Shown piece by piece: positions 8,240 to 19,629 of a stretch of 54,056 nucleotides of DNA. The notes under the pieces are model-generated. The model did no database searches, had not been told where the DNA came from, and saw nothing but the letters and a program-made list of their open reading frames with translations. Numbering within the stretch: the first letter of the stretch is position 1; each line of letters starts with the position of its first letter. Location: the sequence record SRR22947725_1514; one strand, given 5' to 3'. Both the position numbers and the translations under genes were made by a program.

Positions 8240-11200
8240 CTTGTATAGTTCCAATATCTTCTAGCGCATTTGTACTTTGGGCGTATGCTTTTATAAAGGC
8301 TTCAGCCTCTCTTATTGATGAAACAACAGCAACACCTGAATCATGTGCAAGTCTTCTAATTTTCCATCCGTCAGTATATTCATTTGCAAATGTAGGCGTA
8401 TTAATCACCACAGAAATAAGATTTTCTTCCATTATCGTTAAAGATGTTGGAGATACATCATTAGCTCTTCCAACTTTTATAGATTTTATATCATTTTGTG
8501 ATAGAAATTCAGATGTTCCTTCAGTCGCATAGATTTTAAAACCAAGCTCTTTATATTTAATAATGGTTTGAAGAAACCGTTCTTTGTCATTATTACTCAA
8601 TGTGACAAATATCCCTTTTTTCTTATCTCCAATTTCCACACCTGCAGCTGCATAAGCTTTATTTAAAGCAATACCTAGTTCACTCCCTATCCCAAGAACT
8701 TCTCCAGTAGCTTTCATTTCAGGACCTAGCATTGTATCTTCAGCAGGGAAACGAGACCATGGAAAGATAGCCTTTTTAACTGCAATTTTATTATTAGAAT
8801 CATTCAAATAATCTGTATTTACAAGGATATCTTTTATTTTATGACCCAACATTATTAGTGTCCCTGCTTTAATTATCTGATTCTTAGTTACTTTGGCAAC
8901 AAAAGGCATGGTTCTAGATGCTCTTGGATTAGCTTCTAATATGTAAAGAACATCATTCTTAATAGCAAATTGAATATTTAGTAGACCCTTTACATTAAGG
9001 CTTTTCGCAAGTCGTTCACTCTTATCCATAATCTCATTTATCATATTTTGAGAAAGGCTAAAAGGGGGGAGTATTGCTGTTGAATCTCCGCTGTGAACTC
9101 CTGCAGGTTCAAGGTGCTCAAGTATTCCTGCAATAATTACATCCGTTCCATCACTTATTAAATCAACATCAATCTCGATAGTATTTGTTAAATACTCATC
9201 AACTAATAGGGGACCAGAGTTAAATGGATTTCCATCTTCGTCACTTTTAGATAAAACATTCAAATAATTATCTAGCTCTTCTTTTGTGCTTACTACTCTC
9301 ATTGCCCTACCTCCCAATACATAGCTTGGACGAAGTAAAACAGGAAAGCCTATATCAGCTACTGCCTGTGTGAGTTCAACAGAATTTTCTGCAATTTTTG
9401 ATATTGGTTGTTTAATATTTTCCTGAGTACAAAGTTTTTGAAATAATTCTCTGTCTTCAGTTGAATCGATAACCTCAATACTTGAACCAGCTATGATGTA
9501 CCCATTCTCAGAAATTTGCTTTGCTAGCTTAAGGGGAGTTTGTCCTCCTAACTGAATAATTACAGATTTTGGACTCTCTCTTAATAGAACTGCTTCTACC
9601 TCTTGCCAATTCAACGGCTCAAAATATAATTTATCTGCTGTGTCATAATCAGTCGAAACAGTCTCAGGATTAGAATTTATCATTATAGCTTCATATCCGT
9701 TTTCCTTTAAAGCGTCTATTCCGTGAACACAGCTGTAGTCGAATTCTATTCCTTGTCCAATTCTGTTTGGCCCAGACCCGATAACTACAACTTTTTCTTT
9801 TGTGCTGGTTACATCATCGCTTTCTTCTCCTGTTGTTGAGTACAAGTATGGAGTCATAGATGAAAATTCTGCAGAACAAGTATCCACTAATTTATATACT
9901 CTTTTTTCAGCAAGCTCATTTTTTATATCTTTTGTCTCAACATCATCCTCAGTCCAGCCAAGCATTCTAAGTATTGTTGTTGGAGTTGTTTCTTGATTAA
10001 CATTAAAACTTTTTTCAATTTCATATAAAAACCATTCATCAATATGACTTAGATCAGAAATTTTGGAAACACTCCAGTTTCTCCTTAGTGCTTCCAGCAC
10101 TGCAAATATTCTTCTTGGACGAGGTATCGCAATTTCCTTTTCAAGCTCAATTTTGTCAAGATTAATGAATCTATTATCAATATTTCTTATCCCTGTTTTA
10201 CCAATTTCTAAAGACCTTATTGCCTTTGTTAAACTTTCTGTAAATGTTGAGGCCATAGACATAACCTCACCAACACTTTGCATAGACGTTCCTAGAATGT
10301 CATCTGTAGATGGAAATTTAGGAAAATCAAAACGTGGAATTTTTACTACAACGTAATCTTGTACAGGCTCAAAACTAGCCGGAGTCGAGCCTGTGATATC
10401 ATTGCTCAGCTCAGTAAGGTTATATCCTACCGCTAACAATGCTGCAAATTTAGCTATTGGAAAACCTGTTGCTTTTGAGGCTAAAGCTGAAGATCTTGAG
10501 ACTCTTGGGTTCATTTCAATTATACGTCTTTCACCATTTTTTGGATTTACCGCAAACTGTACATTGCTACCCCCTGTTGCAATTCCTATTGTTTCGAGAC
10601 ACAAAAGAGCATCATCTCTCATTAACTGATATTCTTTATCAGAAAGGGTTTGGATTGGTGCAACAGTTATAGAATCGCCGGTATGCACTCCCATTGGATC
10701 AAAGTTCTCAATCCCACAAATTATTACTCCATTACCATCTTTATCTCTCATAACTTCAAGTTCAAACTCTTTCCATCCATATACTGATTCTTCGATCAAA
10801 ACTTCTTGGGTTGGAGATGCCCTGAATGCAACTTTTAGTTTTTCATTTAACTCTTCACTGTTATGAACTAATCCAGTTCCACCACCACCTAAAATGTAAG
10901 AAGGACGAAGCATAAGGGGGAAACCTATCTTCACTCCTGCATCCATGCCCTCTTTGATTGTTTTTACATACAAAGCTTTTAAAGTTTCAATACCAACTTC
11001 TTCCATAGCTTCTTTAAATTTCCACCTATTTTCTGCTAATTCAATCGATTCAGCAGAAGCTCCTAGAATTTTTACATTAAATTTTTCAAATACTTTTTCC
11101 TTATTCAATTCCATTGCTAGATTTAAAGCAGTTTGACCACCTAAAGTTGGCAGAATTGCATCCGGCTTTTCTCTTTCGATTATCTTTGTTAAAAATTTAG

Positions 11201-11411
11201 TAGTCAGGGGTTCTATATACGTAGCATCTGCCATTGAGGGATCAGTCATTATTGTTGCAGGGTTTGAGTTAACTAGAATAACCCTGTACCCTTCATTTTT
11301 TAGCGCTTTTGCTGCCTGAGATCCTGAATAATCAAATTCACATGCCTGACCAATTACAATTGGACCAGAACCGATAATTAAAATACTATTTATACTTTTA
11401 TCAACTACCAA
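8229..11411 (-). CDS. carB: Carbamoyl-phosphate synthase large subunit
   Basis: [52 protein letters not shown], second ATP-grasp unit, MGS domain. Confidence 0.98.
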   Translation of the reverse strand: MVVDKSINSILIIGSGPIVIGQACEFDYSGSQAAKALKNEGYRVILVNSNPATIMTDPSMADATYIEPLTTKFLTKIIEREKPDAILPTLGGQTALNLAMELNKEKVFEKFNVKILGASAESIELAENRWKFKEAMEEVGIETLKALYVKTIKEGMDAGVKIGFPLMLRPSYILGGGGTGLVHNSEELNEKLKVAFRASPTQEVLIEESVYGWKEFELEVMRDKDGNGVIICGIENFDPMGVHTGDSITVAPIQTLSDKEYQLMRDDALLCLETIGIATGGSNVQFAVNPKNGERRIIEMNPRVSRSSALASKATGFPIAKFAALLAVGYNLTELSNDITGSTPASFEPVQDYVVVKIPRFDFPKFPSTDDILGTSMQSVGEVMSMASTFTESLTKAIRSLEIGKTGIRNIDNRFINLDKIELEKEIAIPRPRRIFAVLEALRRNWSVSKISDLSHIDEWFLYEIEKSFNVNQETTPTTILRMLGWTEDDVETKDIKNELAEKRVYKLVDTCSAEFSSMTPYLYSTTGEESDDVTSTKEKVVVIGSGPNRIGQGIEFDYSCVHGIDALKENGYEAIMINSNPETVSTDYDTADKLYFEPLNWQEVEAVLLRESPKSVIIQLGGQTPLKLAKQISENGYIIAGSSIEVIDSTEDRELFQKLCTQENIKQPISKIAENSVELTQAVADIGFPVLLRPSYVLGGRAMRVVSTKEELDNYLNVLSKSDEDGNPFNSGPLLVDEYLTNTIEIDVDLISDGTDVIIAGILEHLEPAGVHSGDSTAILPPFSLSQNMINEIMDKSERLAKSLNVKGLLNIQFAIKNDVLYILEANPRASRTMPFVAKVTKNQIIKAGTLIMLGHKIKDILVNTDYLNDSNNKIAVKKAIFPWSRFPAEDTMLGPEMKATGEVLGIGSELGIALNKAYAAAGVEIGDKKKGIFVTLSNNDKERFLQTIIKYKELGFKIYATEGTSEFLSQNDIKSIKVGRANDVSPTSLTIMEENLISVVINTPTFANEYTDGWKIRRLAHDSGVAVVSSIREAEAFIKAYAQSTNALEDIGTIQDVS

Positions 11412-12498
11412 TTTTTTCCCTAATCATTTTAAAAAATGGATTAAACAACTCTAAGCCGTCTGTTGTTCCTGGACCTGATTCAGGATGAAATTGAACTGAA
11501 TAAGCATTTGATTCCCAGATAGATATGCCCTCATTACTCCCATCGTTTAGATTTACTGCATATTGCTCAATTTCTCCGAACTCGGAATGTTTTTCTTTAT
11601 TACTGCCAAATTCAACTGAAAATCCATGGTTCTGGGAAGTGATAAGTGCTTTTTTGATTCCACTAACTTTTACAGGATGATTTGAGCCATGGTGTCCAAA
11701 ATTTAGTTTTGAAACATTTAGATCACATGCAAGACTTAAAATCTGATGTCCTAAACATATTCCAAAAAGTGGTAGCTTTCCAATTAAATTTTTTACAGTA
11801 CTTACAACATCTACCAAAGACCTTGGATCTCCGGGCCCATTAGAAATTATCAATCCTATTAAATTTAAAGAAAGTATTTCATCTGCTGTAATCTCAGGGT
11901 TTAAAAGTAAAGTTTCAAATCCGTTGTTTTCGACTACATTAATTATGCTTTGTTTTGTTCCAAGGTCAATAATCCCAATTTTATTCTGAGCAAAAGCTGT
12001 ATCATAATCTCCACGTCCAGCTTTTAATGCTGATTTATCACCAACGATATCTACCGATGTATTGAGTAAGTCCATAAGCTCAGTACTGTTTACGCCCGTT
12101 CCCATAGCAAACATGCTTGAACCTGAATCTCTTAAATGCGATGTTATAGACCGAACATCGAAACCTCCTGAAAAGGGTACTTTATGCTCCTTCAACCACG
12201 ATGTGATTGGCTGTTCTGATCTCCAGGATGAAGGATTGTTGGTGAAGCTATTCCCGATTGCTCCATTTACTCTTGGCTTTTCTGATTCAAAATCTTCTTT
12301 TGATAATCCATAGTTCCCAATATGAGAAGAGGTGAAGGTAACTATTTGATTAACATAAGAAGGATCACTAAGAATTTCAACGAAACCTGTCATAGCTGTA
12401 TTAAAAATTAGTTCACCAGTAGCTGGAAGAAAGTCATCAGTCGTCCACCCAATAAATTCTTTACCTTCTTTATTAACCAACAAAACCTTTTTATACAT
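11401..12498 (-). CDS. carA: Carbamoyl-phosphate synthase small subunit
   Basis: [35 protein letters not shown]; likely start at MYKK. Confidence 0.96.
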   Translation of the reverse strand: MYKKVLLVNKEGKEFIGWTTDDFLPATGELIFNTAMTGFVEILSDPSYVNQIVTFTSSHIGNYGLSKEDFESEKPRVNGAIGNSFTNNPSSWRSEQPITSWLKEHKVPFSGGFDVRSITSHLRDSGSSMFAMGTGVNSTELMDLLNTSVDIVGDKSALKAGRGDYDTAFAQNKIGIIDLGTKQSIINVVENNGFETLLLNPEITADEILSLNLIGLIISNGPGDPRSLVDVVSTVKNLIGKLPLFGICLGHQILSLACDLNVSKLNFGHHGSNHPVKVSGIKKALITSQNHGFSVEFGSNKEKHSEFGEIEQYAVNLNDGSNEGISIWESNAYSVQFHPESGPGTTDGLELFNPFFKMIREKIGS

Positions 12499-13546
12499 GC
12501 ACACCATTTGTTTCTATCAAAGTTTTCCTACCTTCAAATAAAGAATTTTTGGGATTTGAATTTGTATAAAATTTCTTGTCACAAAATTCCCATTTAAAGC
12601 TATTTGATTTTTTTAACTCATAACCCAGCTCTGACAAAATTTTTCTTGGGTTTTTATCCAGATACCTTTCTAATTCATCGAGTGAAAAAATCTCTGATGA
12701 ATACAGCATCGGAAAAGCTGATTCTAACCCGACCACACCCCTGGCAGCATCTTTAAAGGCTCTCTGCTTACTTTCAATCGTATGAGGAGCATGGTCAGTA
12801 GAAATTACATCGATCGTTCCCTCTTTTAAACCTTCGATGAGTGCAAGTTGGTCTCTACTTGTTCTTATCGGTGGATACATTTTATACATTCCATTGGAAG
12901 TTTCAATATTTGTATTATTTATAAGTAAGTGATGTGGAGTTACTTCTGCAGTTACAGGAAGTTTGTTCATTTTTGCTTCTTTTATTAAACGGACACTCTC
13001 TTCAGTAGATAAGTGTTGTGCATGATATCTAGTTCCATATTTTTCAACTAGATTAAGGTCCCTTTCTAAAATCTCTGTCTCCTCAGATACAGGAATAGGT
13101 TTCAAAATACCTCCGTCATTAGGGGGAGCAATATCACCTGGCGAAGTATGACAACTTTTTTCACAGTGCTGAAATACTGCTCCATTTTCAAACTTTAATG
13201 ACTTAAAAATTTCTTCAGCTAAAGCATCATCAACAACTGAATGGCCATCATCAGTAAAAATAAATACTCCGTGACCTATAAATTCCTTATAGTTAATTGG
13301 CTCCTTGCCTAAAAGACCCTTAGTAAGTGATCCTGTTCTGTGTACTTTTATGTCTAAAACTTCATCAAATCGTTTCGCCTCTAATAGGTTCTCTATACTG
13401 TCAATGATTTTGGCAGAATTCGGCATTGCAAGAATTTCTGAATACCCCCCATTTTTTGCAGCTATTTCTATATCTTGTGCTTTAATAAATGTTTTACCTG
13501 GATATCTTGTGTGAGTATGTAAATCCAAAAAGCTATTAGTTTCCAT
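12491..13546 (-). CDS. pyrC: Dihydroorotase
   Basis: DLHTH, MPN, FTDDG, HCE, HLST, EVTPHHL, PPIR, TDHAPH. Confidence 0.93.
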   Translation of the reverse strand: METNSFLDLHTHTRYPGKTFIKAQDIEIAAKNGGYSEILAMPNSAKIIDSIENLLEAKRFDEVLDIKVHRTGSLTKGLLGKEPINYKEFIGHGVFIFTDDGHSVVDDALAEEIFKSLKFENGAVFQHCEKSCHTSPGDIAPPNDGGILKPIPVSEETEILERDLNLVEKYGTRYHAQHLSTEESVRLIKEAKMNKLPVTAEVTPHHLLINNTNIETSNGMYKMYPPIRTSRDQLALIEGLKEGTIDVISTDHAPHTIESKQRAFKDAARGVVGLESAFPMLYSSEIFSLDELERYLDKNPRKILSELGYELKKSNSFKWEFCDKKFYTNSNPKNSLFEGRKTLIETNGVHV

Positions 13547-14424
13547 TAGATTTCTCCTAAGCCATAAAGATAACTAGCAATTCTGGAAGGGACTCCAAAA
13601 GAGAGTTGCTCAATGTATTTAAACTTACTATTTTCAGATGCTTCTTTAGAAATTTCGACTCCGATGTTCATCGGCATTGGATGAATAGCTAAAAAATCAG
13701 AAGATGTTTTATCTAAAATTTGATTTGTAAGTTGAAATGAATGTATATAGTCATTTAGATCATAGTCATCTATATTATCAATTCTTTCTTTTTGAACCCG
13801 TAGTAGGTTAATCGAAGAGTTTGAATCAATGACATCATCCCAGGTAGAAAAAATATGACACCCACTTGTATCTTCAGGGATAAAAAAATCTGGGGCAAAT
13901 ATTCCAACTTGAAATCCAAGTAAATTTAACAATTCTTTAGTTGAAGAGTAAACCCTAGAATGTTTGATATCCCCAATAAATATAAGAGGGACATCGCCAT
14001 TAAGTTTTTCATATTTCATCAAGGTTGCAATATCTAATATTGATTGAGTTGGGTGAGAAGTTGAACCAAAACCCGCACTTATAATCGAAATATTTTCAAA
14101 TCTACGATAGTCGTCTAAATTATCTTCTTTTGTACGCATAACAAGAGACTCTACTCCCAATGAAATAAGTGTTTGAATTTCGTGATCAAGAGATTCTCCT
14201 TTTTTTTGGGATGAGGTTTGGTCTTCTAATAAGATTAAATCTAGCCCAAGCTTCTGTGCTGCAATTGTAAAAGAAACCTTTGTTCTAGTGGATGGTTCCT
14301 CAAATTTGATTACCGAATGTCCTTTAGCTTCATATTGATCACCATCCCTGACTTTGAGAGTTGTTTCTATAATCTTTAAGGCAACATCTCTGTCTATATC
14401 ACTAAAATCAAGTAAATGATTCAT
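13546..14424 (-). CDS. pyrB: Aspartate carbamoyltransferase catalytic subunit
   Basis: EPSTRT, KGESL, HPTQ, GDIKHSRV, RVQKER, HPMP. Confidence 0.95.
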   Translation of the reverse strand: MNHLLDFSDIDRDVALKIIETTLKVRDGDQYEAKGHSVIKFEEPSTRTKVSFTIAAQKLGLDLILLEDQTSSQKKGESLDHEIQTLISLGVESLVMRTKEDNLDDYRRFENISIISAGFGSTSHPTQSILDIATLMKYEKLNGDVPLIFIGDIKHSRVYSSTKELLNLLGFQVGIFAPDFFIPEDTSGCHIFSTWDDVIDSNSSINLLRVQKERIDNIDDYDLNDYIHSFQLTNQILDKTSSDFLAIHPMPMNIGVEISKEASENSKFKYIEQLSFGVPSRIASYLYGLGEI

Positions 14425-14930
14425 TAACTTACTTCAACCTCATCTTTATCATCAAGCTCATTCAAATATACAGATACATACTCGCTCTCATTAGTAGGTA
14501 TATTTTTTCCAACAAATCTTGGTGAAATGGGAAGCTCTCTGTGCCCCCTATCAATTAAGCATGCAACCGAGATTGATTTAGCTCTTCCAGAATAAATAAC
14601 AGCTTCAATAGATGCTCTTAAAGTTCTTCCTGTGTAGACAACATCATCAATTAATATAACATCTCGATCTTGAGGATTTACAATTAGAAAAGTTTTATCA
14701 CCTTCAGATGTCAAGTCATCTCTAAATGGTTTGTAATTTACTGTATCTAGGTCGTGGGAGTAGTTTTCTTCAACTAGGTTATTTGAAATTCGTTTAGCTA
14801 GATGATCACCTCGTCTTGGAATTCCAATTAGTAAGGGGTTGGTTATTTCTGATTCAATAATTTCTTTTGAAACCCTATAAAGAGTTTTGTTTATGTCCAT
14901 GACATTCCTTTCGATACTCACAGGTATCAT
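14424..14930 (-). CDS. pyrR: PyrR bifunctional regulator / uracil PRTase
   Basis: GIPRRG, RDDL, LIDDVVYTGRTLRA, LIDRGHRELPI, VGKNIPT. Confidence 0.93.
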   Translation of the reverse strand: MIPVSIERNVMDINKTLYRVSKEIIESEITNPLLIGIPRRGDHLAKRISNNLVEENYSHDLDTVNYKPFRDDLTSEGDKTFLIVNPQDRDVILIDDVVYTGRTLRASIEAVIYSGRAKSISVACLIDRGHRELPISPRFVGKNIPTNESEYVSVYLNELDDKDEVEVS

Positions 14931-14975
14931 TTAAAGTTATAATCATATTAGCAAATCTGTAATGAAAGTGCTTAG

Positions 14976-15905
14976 TTATCTACTTTCTCTAAAAAATGGA
15001 ATTCCAATATTACTTGGGGCACCAGTTCTCCCACCTTTATAGATAGTTAATACCACCAAAATAATTATGGTTATCGCATAGGGAGTGATTTTTACAAGAT
15101 AAGGACTTAATTCAAATCCGTATGTTTGTAATCTTGGAACAAGAGCTTCTAAAAAACCAAATAGTAGAGCTCCGATTGCAGTTCTGTATGGTTTCCATCC
15201 ACCAAAAATTACCAATGCCAGAGCAATCCAGCCTCGTCCAGATGTCATATTGTCCGTCCAATATGGAACATAGCTTAATGTTAGATATACACCAGCTAAC
15301 CCTGAAAGTCCTCCACCAACACAAGTTGCAATAAATTGTGTTTTGTTAACGTTTAAACCCATTGAATCTGCTGCCCTAGAGTCTTCACCAACTGCTTCAA
15401 GCCGCCTTCCGAACATAGTTTTTTTAAGTAAATAAGCAGTACTAATCATCAGGAAGATGCTTAAATAGAAAATATAATTTTGGCTAATAAAAACCTCAAT
15501 AATGTTTGTAGGTTCGTCTATATTTCCTAAGCTTTCAATTTTTACAGGTAATTTTTTTCCAACATATTGTTTACCCATTAAAGCAGACAGAGAGAGACCC
15601 AATATTGTAAGAATTAAACCTGAGACCGTTTGATCCTGCTTTAGAATTATTGTTACAAATGCATGCAAAGATGAAAATAAAGATGCAGATAAGATACCAA
15701 CTAAAACTGAAAGAAAAATATTTCCTGTATTAACTGCAGTTATAAAACCCGTCACAGCACCAATCGATATCATTCCCTCTACTCCAAGATTAAGTATTCC
15801 GGATTTTTCAGTTATCAATTCTCCTAGAGCCGCAATGAAAAGTAAAGTTGCGGCTTGCAGGGTTGCGTTCAATAAACCCATAAGCTGAATATCAAACATC
15901 TTCAC
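14976..15905 (-). CDS. Nucleoside/purine ABC transporter permease
   Basis: ALGELITEKSGILNLGVEG, AVGE..AADSMG, GRGWIALALVIFG. Confidence 0.9.
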   Translation of the reverse strand: MKMFDIQLMGLLNATLQAATLLFIAALGELITEKSGILNLGVEGMISIGAVTGFITAVNTGNIFLSVLVGILSASLFSSLHAFVTIILKQDQTVSGLILTILGLSLSALMGKQYVGKKLPVKIESLGNIDEPTNIIEVFISQNYIFYLSIFLMISTAYLLKKTMFGRRLEAVGEDSRAADSMGLNVNKTQFIATCVGGGLSGLAGVYLTLSYVPYWTDNMTSGRGWIALALVIFGGWKPYRTAIGALLFGFLEALVPRLQTYGFELSPYLVKITPYAITIIILVVLTIYKGGRTGAPSNIGIPFFRESR

Positions 15906-16953
15906 TGACCTTTATAATTTTATATGTAAAAAAGAATTGAGCTATAAGTGCTCCAAATAATGTAGTAGCTTGGATTACATCTGCAATATAACTACTCACT
16001 CCCATAGTTTGAATTACAGATCCTCCAATAGTAAGCGCACCAAATAATGAACCCACTAAAAAAATACCTAATGGGCGCATACCTGTTATTGCTGCCACGA
16101 TAATTGCTGTGTACCCAAATCCCTGGGATAGCCCAGTAGAGACTCTATGCGTTTGGCTCAAAAGCTCAACCCCACCAGCCAAACCTGCTAAACCACCACC
16201 AATCAACATTGCAATGAAGGCTTTTTGTTTTGCATTTATTCCGGCATATATTGCAGTTAGCGCAGATCCACCAGAAATTCTTAGTTCATATCCAAAAACA
16301 GATTTTTCTTTCAAATAGTGAACCCCAATAGTGCATAAAAAGCAGATTATAAAACCGTAACTCAGTCTTCCAAAAACTGTTGGTAAATAAACTTCTTTCC
16401 CAACGTAGGTAGCTGCAGGAAAGTTTAAAGAGTTAGGGTCTTTCCAGGGCCCATTAACTAGATAAATAGTTAAACCAATAATGATGTAATTAAAAAGTAG
16501 AGTAGTAATAATTTCATTTACTCCAAATAAAACTTTTGCAATAGCAGGAAATAATATACACACGGCTCCACCTATAAACGAAGTGATGAGTAAGTATACG
16601 ATCATTAAATTCGGGCTGGAAATTTCTGTATTAATGTAAAGAAAATTAAGAGCTATTCCTCCCATGAATATTTGACCTTCAGCACCAATATTCCACAATT
16701 TAACTGAGTTTATGATTGAGATGCCAAGTCCTGCAAGAATTAAAGGGATAGCTTTATTTAATGATGTACTAATACTCTTTACACTTCCCACAGATAGTCT
16801 CAACATAAGAGAAAATACCTCAATAGGGTTTTGTCCTTGAGTTAATAAAATTATTGAACCAATTCCGATTCCAATCGAAAGCCCAATTAGAAAAGAATAA
16901 AATGTAGAGAGTTCATTAATTACTATTTTTTTTGATAACAGATATTTATTCAT
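15892..16953 (-). CDS. Nucleoside/purine ABC transporter permease
   Basis: WNIGAEGQ, NEIITTL, GGLAGLAG, GYTAIIVA. Confidence 0.9.
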   Translation of the reverse strand: MNKYLLSKKIVINELSTFYSFLIGLSIGIGIGSIILLTQGQNPIEVFSLMLRLSVGSVKSISTSLNKAIPLILAGLGISIINSVKLWNIGAEGQIFMGGIALNFLYINTEISSPNLMIVYLLITSFIGGAVCILFPAIAKVLFGVNEIITTLLFNYIIIGLTIYLVNGPWKDPNSLNFPAATYVGKEVYLPTVFGRLSYGFIICFLCTIGVHYLKEKSVFGYELRISGGSALTAIYAGINAKQKAFIAMLIGGGLAGLAGGVELLSQTHRVSTGLSQGFGYTAIIVAAITGMRPLGIFLVGSLFGALTIGGSVIQTMGVSSYIADVIQATTLFGALIAQFFFTYKIIKVSEDV

Positions 16954-18442
16954 TTAGGCCTGCCATTGCTAGGCCAACGCTCTCAATATCCGCTTCATCC
17001 ATGCTAAATTCTTTTACAATTCGACCCTCGTACATCACGATTATTCGGTCACTTAGTTTAAATAGTTCATCTAGGTCCTCTGAAATTAACATAACTGCAG
17101 CACCTTTGTCTCTTTGCATTACAATCAAATCATGTAGAGCCTCAACAGCATTGACATCCAGACCTCTAGTTGGCTGAGCGGCAATAATTACTTCAGGATT
17201 TGAAATCAACTCTCTTCCCATCAGTAATTTTTGCATATTACCTCCAGATAAAGTAGAAACTTCAGCTTTTGGATTCGGAGCTTTTATTGAAAACTGTTTA
17301 ATTAGTATATTCAAATAATTTAACATTTTGTTACCAGAGAGATGTGGACCAAATCTAGCTTTGTAATAATCTTTTAATGCAGAGTTATCTATTATTGATA
17401 CTCCTGGCGCAAGACCAACACCAAGCCTATTTTCTGGTATGTAGGACAAATTTAAATTTTTTCTTGAACTTACTCCCTGATTTGATATATTTTTACCATT
17501 TACAATAACTTTTCCTGAATACTCTCTTTCTATTCCAGATATTATATTTGCTAGTTCAACTTGACCATTTCCAGAAACTCCAGCTATCCCTAAAATTTCT
17601 CCAGCCCTAACCTTAAGTGATAAATTTTCAAGAGTGGGTACATTTGAGTGTGTATTTTCAAAAAATATATTTTCAAGTTCAAGCTTATTAGTTCCTTTTT
17701 GGTTATCTTTCCTTATCTCTGATTGTTTAATCTCACCCATCATCAATGTAATTAGTTCATTTTTTGTAACATTTTTAGTTTCTAAATCTTTTGCCACCAT
17801 TACGCCATCTTTAAGTACAAATATAGAGTCTGTAAATTCTTGGATCTCCTTTAATTTATGAGTAATCAAGACAATTGTTTTACCGTCTTCTTTAGAGAGC
17901 TTTTTTAAGGAAATCTTTAATTGATTTGTTTCCTGTGGTGTAAGTACGGCTGTTGGTTCATCTAAAAGCATTATCTTGTTGTTGTTAAATATGAGTTTCA
18001 TTATTTCAATTTTTTGTTTCTCTCCAACAGATAACTCACTTATTGGTGTTGAATAATTAACTGTTAGCGAAAATATATCTGAGTACTTTTCGTAACCTTC
18101 ATGAAAACTATTTGTATAGATATTTGCTTTAGATAGTGTCAAATTGTCTTTAATACTAAAGTTATCGATGAGTCGAAATTCTTGGTGAACCATTCCAATT
18201 CCAAGTTTTGATGCAATATCGGGATTTAATTTTTTAACTTTTTCACCGTCTATATAAAGAGAGCCATTTTCAGGCTGATAAATTCCAGATAAAATATTCA
18301 TTAATGAGGATTTACCTGCACCATTTTCGCCAAGCAGACCATGGATTGTTGATTCGTATAAGTAAAAATCTACATTCTTAAGAGCATTGGTATTTCCAAA
18401 GGATTTTGTAATATTTTTTGCTTCTAGGATAATTTGATTCAT
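16946..18442 (-). CDS. Nucleoside ABC transporter ATP-binding protein with two ABC domains
   Basis: GENGAGKS, LDEPTAVLTPQE, GVSGNGQ, LSGGNMQK, QPTRGLD. Confidence 0.93.
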   Translation of the reverse strand: MNQIILEAKNITKSFGNTNALKNVDFYLYESTIHGLLGENGAGKSSLMNILSGIYQPENGSLYIDGEKVKKLNPDIASKLGIGMVHQEFRLIDNFSIKDNLTLSKANIYTNSFHEGYEKYSDIFSLTVNYSTPISELSVGEKQKIEIMKLIFNNNKIMLLDEPTAVLTPQETNQLKISLKKLSKEDGKTIVLITHKLKEIQEFTDSIFVLKDGVMVAKDLETKNVTKNELITLMMGEIKQSEIRKDNQKGTNKLELENIFFENTHSNVPTLENLSLKVRAGEILGIAGVSGNGQVELANIISGIEREYSGKVIVNGKNISNQGVSSRKNLNLSYIPENRLGVGLAPGVSIIDNSALKDYYKARFGPHLSGNKMLNYLNILIKQFSIKAPNPKAEVSTLSGGNMQKLLMGRELISNPEVIIAAQPTRGLDVNAVEALHDLIVMQRDKGAAVMLISEDLDELFKLSDRIIVMYEGRIVKEFSMDEADIESVGLAMAGLNE

Positions 18443-18453
18443 TAAGTGATTGT

Positions 18454-18489
18454 TTACAACGCTCTAGTCATCCGACTAGAGCGTTGTAA
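18454..18489. terminator. Perfect 16-bp inverted repeat between the binding-protein and ATPase genes (stabiliser or partial terminator)
   Basis: TTACAACGCTCTAGTC-ATCC-GACTAGAGCGTTGTAA; no long U-tract on the sense strand. Confidence 0.75.
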
Positions 18490-18498
18490 TACATCTAG

Positions 18499-19506
18499 TT
18501 ATGGATTAACTGTTCCAATAACGTTACTAATAAATTCTTCTTCAACTATCGCAACTTCTAGAGTTCCATTGATAATTGCTTCAGTTTTTTCGGCAATTAA
18601 TGTTGCTGTTTCAGATGGTACGTCTGAAGATAAATCGTATAGAGAAACTAAACCAGTCTCCATACCTCCCCAGTAACTTTCTGTAGTGAAAGTTCCATCA
18701 ATTATTGATTCAACAATATCAACATAATATGGACCCCAATCCCAGACTGGAGCCGTTACAAATGCTTCTGGAGCAGAGTCTTGACCATAAGCAGTGTTGT
18801 ATGATATCCATTTTGCACCAGCAGCTTCTGCAGCTAGTCCTGTTGCTGCTGAATCTTGGTGTTGAGCAAGTACATCTGCACCTGTTTCAAGCAGTGCATT
18901 TGCAGCTTGTGTTTCTGCTTCTGGACCAAACCATGTGAATGTCCAAACTACTTCAACAGTAGCATCAGGGTTCACTTCATTTACTCCTGCGGCAAAAGCA
19001 TTAATTCCTCTAATTACTTCTGGTATTGGAAATGCTGCAACATAACCAATTTTATTTGAATCAGTCATAGCCCCTGCAGCTAAACCAGAAAGATATCTTG
19101 GCTGATACATCTTTCCAAAATAATTCGCAAAGTTTGTATCGTTGTTTAGATATCCTGAGCAATGTAAGAAAATGACATCTGGATATTCCTCTGCCATTTC
19201 TGCCATCGCATCAATGTAACCAAAAGTTGTTCCAAAGATAATATTGTAACCTTGTTCAATATATGCTTCTGCAACTGTTCTGAATTCTGTAGCATCTTCT
19301 GGTACTAGAGCTGTGTACTCTGTTTGAATACCCGTTTGTTCTACTAGATATTGTCGACCTACATCATGTGCTTGTGACCATCCACCATCGTCTGCTGGAC
19401 CTACATACACAAATGCAGCTTTATATTCATCTACGGATGCGGCTCCACCGCATGCCATAGTAAGAATACTGATTAAGATTAGACCTACCGCCCATCTTCT
19501 ACGCAT
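18499..19506 (-). CDS. BMP-family lipoprotein, nucleoside/purine ABC substrate-binding protein
   Basis: Signal peptide with lipobox LTMA-C; DGGWSQAHDVG, FGTTFGY, PIPEVIRGINAF, QHQDS. Confidence 0.92.
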   Translation of the reverse strand: MRRRWAVGLILISILTMACGGAASVDEYKAAFVYVGPADDGGWSQAHDVGRQYLVEQTGIQTEYTALVPEDATEFRTVAEAYIEQGYNIIFGTTFGYIDAMAEMAEEYPDVIFLHCSGYLNNDTNFANYFGKMYQPRYLSGLAAGAMTDSNKIGYVAAFPIPEVIRGINAFAAGVNEVNPDATVEVVWTFTWFGPEAETQAANALLETGADVLAQHQDSAATGLAAEAAGAKWISYNTAYGQDSAPEAFVTAPVWDWGPYYVDIVESIIDGTFTTESYWGGMETGLVSLYDLSSDVPSETATLIAEKTEAIINGTLEVAIVEEEFISNVIGTVNP

Positions 19507-19510
19507 CCTT

Positions 19511-19518
19511 ACCTCCTT
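19511..19518 (-). promoter_or_regulatory. Strong Shine-Dalgarno (AAGGAGGT) for the BMP gene
   Basis: Minus strand reads TATAAT...atgaaAAGGAGGTaaggATG. Confidence 0.7.
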
Positions 19519-19629
19519 TTCATGTTGTTAATTATAAACGAACCACAACTAACGAATTAAATTTGAAGGTAAATATTTATATAAATAAATGTCATGATGA
19601 ATTTTAATTTTGATACAATAATTCATCAT

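Noticed and set aside
18446-18676. 76-aa plus-strand ORF over the hairpin; hairpin as CRISPR repeat or MITE
   Set aside because: The ORF is antisense to the BMP gene; the hairpin appears once, with no spacers or target-site duplication.
19574-19587. Perfect palindrome TATTTATATAAATA in the divergent promoter region
   Set aside because: It is A/T only in an AT-rich spacer, so plausible by chance; no regulator nearby and no second copy seen.
19507-19629. Purine riboswitch ahead of the nucleoside transporter or PRTase
   Set aside because: A TATAAT lies close to the BMP SD, leaving too short a leader, and no aptamer consensus is visible.
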